The notes beneath the pieces are model-generated. The model ran no database searches and was not told the DNA's origin. It saw only the letters and a list, made by a program, of their open reading frames with translations. A stretch of 63,868 nucleotides of DNA, the filler included, from Craspedostauros australis (Eukaryota): the NCBI GenBank assembly GCA_030167865.1. It is 20 parts of 20 records of this genome, joined end to end, with 100 filler letters (N's around TTAATTAATTAA, not from the genome) between each part and the next. Parts side by side here need not be neighbours in the genome. Positions count along the whole stretch, not along the records: positions 59,609 to 61,549 come from JALAGF010002735.1; positions 61,650 to 62,676 come from JALAGF010002737.1; positions 62,777 to 63,868 come from JALAGF010002751.1; 17 more parts are not named here. The stretch is one strand, 5' to 3'. Each line of letters starts with the position of its first letter. Positions within the stretch are counted from its first letter, which is position 1. Both the position numbers and the translations under genes were made by a program. Below, piece after piece: positions 59,899 to 63,868 of this stretch.

Positions 59899-61549
59899 CT
59901 ATTCTGCGGAGGACTCGGTGTTCTTCTCGCCACTTCTCAGAAACGATTTGAAGAAGGAGGCTTGGATTGACACCCTCTGCTCCCAATCATACTTCATCAC
60001 CCTTTCCATCAACCATTCATACAAAGCATATGAGGCGATCCTGTCGGTTCTGTCTTTGCTTTCTTCGGTTGCCTCGCATGCAGCTTTTCGGACCTTTTCA
60101 GATAGCTGTGGTGTCTTCTTCTTCTTTGTGGGCGACATCATCCTGATTTTTTGTTCGGATGCCCACAATGGTTTGGATTCCGAAGAGGACGACGCATTGG
60201 GGTGTGTCACGATTGATTTGGCAGGTGGCTTCGATGACATTTTCACAGTTGGCGATGCTGATCCAGATGACACCGCCGATGATGACGCCAATGATGACGA
60301 TGGATTTGCAGTTGCTTTCCTGGATGCTGTCTTCGTGCATGCTTTCGTACTCGCCTTTTTGGTGTACGTGATTGCCCAACCCGATTCGACAAAGTCAGGA
60401 GCCTCGACCTTCTGCTCAACTGTGACGGTGTTGGCTTCGTCGCCAGGGCGTGGCTGCGAGATAAAATCGAAGACCCAATTTGTGACGAGATCGCGAAGAA
60501 CAGCACTCTTTGGAGTATCAGGCTTGCCGCGAGCGCGTGATGTGCGTGTTGTGTATTTTGGCGGAGGCTTGGTTTCGCCTGGCGTCTTCACGAAGGCAGG
60601 TTCGATCTCTTTGATTTCTTCGCTTTCGAAGTGTATTTGCAGATCTTGGATGTCGTAGCTGTCCAGCTTTTCTTGATCGATGATCTCTGGCTTGGTGATA
60701 CCAGAGGATGCTGTGAGTACAGCCCTGTTGTCGCGAAAGTCCACCTGATGCACACCTCGACAGGGAATCTCTTCTGTTCGAAATGGCTTGTTTTCGAGTC
60801 CATCGGATTGCATGACGGTGGTGCCCTTCAACTTGCCGGCATGTGCAAGCACGGTGATTGTCCCCTTGATCTTGTGCTTTACGAGGTTGGTGTAGATACC
60901 TTTCTCTGTCAACCCCTTTGCGCCCTTTGTGCGGTTGATGGCTCGTCTCAGAACGTTGCCCACGATACCAAAGTGGCCATCCACTGGACTCTTGCCGGTC
61001 TGAGCTTCTGTGAACAGCCACTGCGTGATTTTGGGTAGTTTTGATGGTGGCATTGACCCGTGATTCTTGGTGGCTTGGTCCTCACTTTTTCGCTTCGCGA
61101 CCAAAAATGCGTTGGATTTGATGCGTCTGTGTTCTTCCCTCTGCGCCTTTCTCCCTGCTCGTGCTTTTTGTTCTGGCGTTTTCGCAACAGGCTTCCTTCC
61201 CACAGCCCTCTTCACCTTTCTTCCACATTTGGCCTTGATTGGGCATTTAGTGCTCTTTTTGACCTTGGTAATGGTGCCAACAGTTGTCCTCATGGTTGCC
61301 TCGGTACCGCAAGCTGTACTTGCAGANGTGGNTATTGCGGTAGCAGCAGTGTCATCAGCTGTACTTGTAGATGTGGTAGTTGTGACAGCGTTGATGCTAT
61401 TGACAGCAATTGTCATGCTGCTTTCGGTTTTGGACTTGGAATTGAGCTTGATAGCAGCAATGGGGTGCTTCTTATCATACCCCTTCATGTCGAATGCGAC
61501 CCCATGCTCACCTCTGTTGAGACCGTGGATCAGTCGGATGGATGACGGG
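59899..61549 (-). mobile_element. Putative DDE DNA-transposase C-terminal part (Sola3-like motif), 5' end lost in the gap
   Basis: WLFTEAQTGKSPVDGHF (60970-61020) resembles the F(S/T)EAQxGKxxxD motif of RNase H-fold transposases. The frame is open to the contig edge. Confidence 0.55.
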
Positions 61550-61649
61550 NNNNNNNNNNNNNNNNNNNNNNNNNNNNNNNNNNNNNNNNNNNNTTAATTA
61601 ATTAANNNNNNNNNNNNNNNNNNNNNNNNNNNNNNNNNNNNNNNNNNNN

Positions 61650-62676
61650 GCGAACACTTCAACCGCAATTGGATTCACCTCGCCGAGAGTCACCAATCTC
61701 GGGACCGGCAACTCCATTACCACCTTCAGATTCGACACCAACTGAAACCGGCTCCACAACACCAACCATGCCTAAGCTCGAATCAACGCCAGCAAGACCT
61801 CGAAGCACGAGAAGTCGCAAACAACCAAAGCGATTCACGTATGCGCGCATGGGAGGCAAAGCCGCATGGTTAGACGACGAAGATACCGATGACTACTACT
61901 TCTGTCCCGCAGTGGCTAGCATGGAAGAAAACGAACAGGAAGCAACAACCAGGGAGCTACACCCTGATTCTGCATCAATCATCACATTCTCACAAGCTGT
62001 CGTCGATTGCTTGCACACAATCGAACCCCTCCAACGTGAAGGCAGCGACTCTCTCTCCATAGACTTACACCAATTCAAGGTGGATGCCAACTATCTACTG
62101 CGCAGACTTCGACTCCGATTCAACACTTTGAATCCGCAACCAACCAACGTTGTCCTTCCAACATTCGCGCCAAAGGCGACTGAAACAAGAGAAGACAACA
62201 TCAACATGGCCGATTGGTGGCAGCCGGACCCAGACGACATGGTCGAAGAAGGACCAACGCCATTCCAAGACGTCTACGAGGACTTCTACTCGGACATGGA
62301 AAGACACTTCGAAGTCGACCTTCACTGCGAGATTCGTTGCGACGACCTCAGGAGACAAGCGACTGACTACGCTGTCGGCCAATTCGTCAACAGACTGAGC
62401 ACTTTCATTCGAACCGGCATCATGAACCCCAGCTTCGATGCCTTTGACTACATGTCATCGGCCAAACCAGAGCCATGGTCGTATCAGGATTCGGAATATT
62501 TGATGATGAAGGGTTTTCTTCCTCCCGAATCCAGAATCAGTGGAAACACCTTCTTCAAAAGAACTCGCTCCGTGTGGAACGCCATCTCTGAGAATCATCA
62601 CTATCGTCTCGCATTCGAACTACTCCGTCGCCAAGTTACGACCATCCGTCCAGGGCCATGGCCACAGCCAAGTGAG
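61650..62676 (+). CDS. Open frame spanning the contig; probably the post-integrase region of an LTR retrotransposon
   Basis: P/T/S-rich stretch followed by RSTRSRKQPKRF, a typical post-integrase linker motif. The remainder is unrecognised. Confidence 0.4.
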
Positions 62677-62776
62677 NNNNNNNNNNNNNNNNNNNNNNNN
62701 NNNNNNNNNNNNNNNNNNNNTTAATTAATTAANNNNNNNNNNNNNNNNNNNNNNNNNNNNNNNNNNNNNNNNNNNN

Positions 62777-63056
62777 ATCGATGTTTCTCCTGTGACGTCG
62801 TTGTTTGGATCGTCGCGATGTCATGCTTGATGTTGGGACATCCTGTTTTTCGATGTCGTGGCTTTTCTTGATTCAGAGAGGACAGGCTTGTTTTCTTGTC
62901 AAGACTGAGATCAGTCACGTTCGTCTTGAGTCACGGGTGTGATGAATAGGACTCAAAGGTGTGATCAACAAGAGTTGACTTCAGTCGTGATTGATAATTT
63001 TGGGAGGTGCGGCAATCATGGGTATCTTGACAAAGTCGTACCCTCGATTCCTAACA
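62777..63056. mobile_element. Right end of element family C (..CCCTCGATTCCTAACA)
   Basis: Homologous to 48740-48920. Similarity stops at the CA terminus. Confidence 0.85.
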
Positions 63057-63221
63057 GAGAGAAAGGATGCAAACAACAGAAACATCGCATCACTCTCACA
63101 ACAGCAGCATCCATCACATCGAGCATCAAGCAAGCGCGCGGTTTCGTGGTTGATCATCGAAAACCCGTCCTTCCTTGCTGTGAAAATTTTCCTTTCCCCT
63201 CCGCCCGTCTCTCTTCCCGCC

Positions 63222-63868
63222 ATGACGGTCTTCGACTTCGGGTCCGTTCGCTCTGCCTCTCGCTCGTCTCCTTCGGGTGGTGGCGGTGGCTCTGCGACCC
63301 CCGCTGGTGCCCCTTTGGGTGCTCCTGCTGGTGGGTTGTTTCCGCCTTCTGCGGTGGCGTCTGTTACTGGGGGGGGGTTGGTGATGGCGATGCGGTGGTG
63401 TCGTTGTTGTGGGTCGAATCTGTGGGGTCCATCTGTGGTGGTATCATTGGGGGCTCAGAGGAGAAGGGCGCTGTGCGCTTCTGCACTCGCTCTCTCTGTC
63501 CAACGAAGAGCCATGTCGGGAACAAGGCTCCCCTGCGCGATGGGAGCTTCTACGTCCGCACCATCAAGGCNNNNNNNNNNNNNNNNNNNNNNNNNNNNNN
63601 NNNNNNNNNNNNNNNNNNNNNNNNNNNNNNNNNNNNNNNNNNNNNNNNNNNNNNNNNNNNNGCAGTGTGGCGTGCCTTTCTCCGCGACCTCGCCACCTCA
63701 CGCCTCCGTGTCGAGGCTGGCGAGGATGTACCGATCGTCTCAGTTGACGATTTCGCAGCTGTTGAGGACTTGGCATCCCCTCGTCGCCTCGCTCTCCGCA
63801 TCAGCCCACGCGCAGACGAGGTCTCCTCCATCAAGCTGCAAGAGCTGGACATCGTGGCACCTCTGCCA
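63222..63868 (+). mobile_element. Putative gag-like ORF with CCCH knuckle, frameshifted in a G9 run; possibly ORF1 of a tyrosine-recombinase retroelement
   Basis: ATG at 63222 with a G/S/P-rich leader. After G9 (63369-63377) another frame reads ICGGIIGG..RFCTRSLCPTKSH..K..FYVR and continues past the N gap to the window end. Confidence 0.4.

Noticed and set aside
59609..59935. Possible further LTR truncating the transposase ORF (other LTR-like contig edges at 17340-17720, 26044-26139, 32867-33180)
   Set aside because: No second copy or TSD in the window to define boundaries, so left uncalled.

Overview
Eukaryotic DNA, most likely from a diatom. Support: TTAGGG telomere, GT-AG introns, CoDi-type Copia elements, a bipartite AF-type plastid presequence and a KxxK-rich secreted-protein tail. 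The window is not one locus. It is about 20 small contigs joined by an artificial 100-nt linker (44 N + TTAATTAATTAA + 44 N), so adjacency across linkers carries no meaning. Host genes: a 1.7-kaa disordered protein with a repeated RPDVWV..W/YxIKR module, a five-exon secreted M11/gametolysin-type protein whose zinc site is fully erased, a GT61 glycosyltransferase, an RNI-like LRR protein, a one-helix LHC-like protein, a Cys-rich solenoid on a mucin-like stalk and an interrupted peroxiredoxin-like gene. Mobile DNA: many Copia fragments, three solo-LTR-like families (one with AG..CT ends, one with a 6-bp TSD) and a DDE transposase fragment. One 12-kb contig is a chromosome end with two satellites, 8-mer telomere-variant arrays and terminal TTAGGG. 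Family assignments come from motif recognition by eye; no database search was run.
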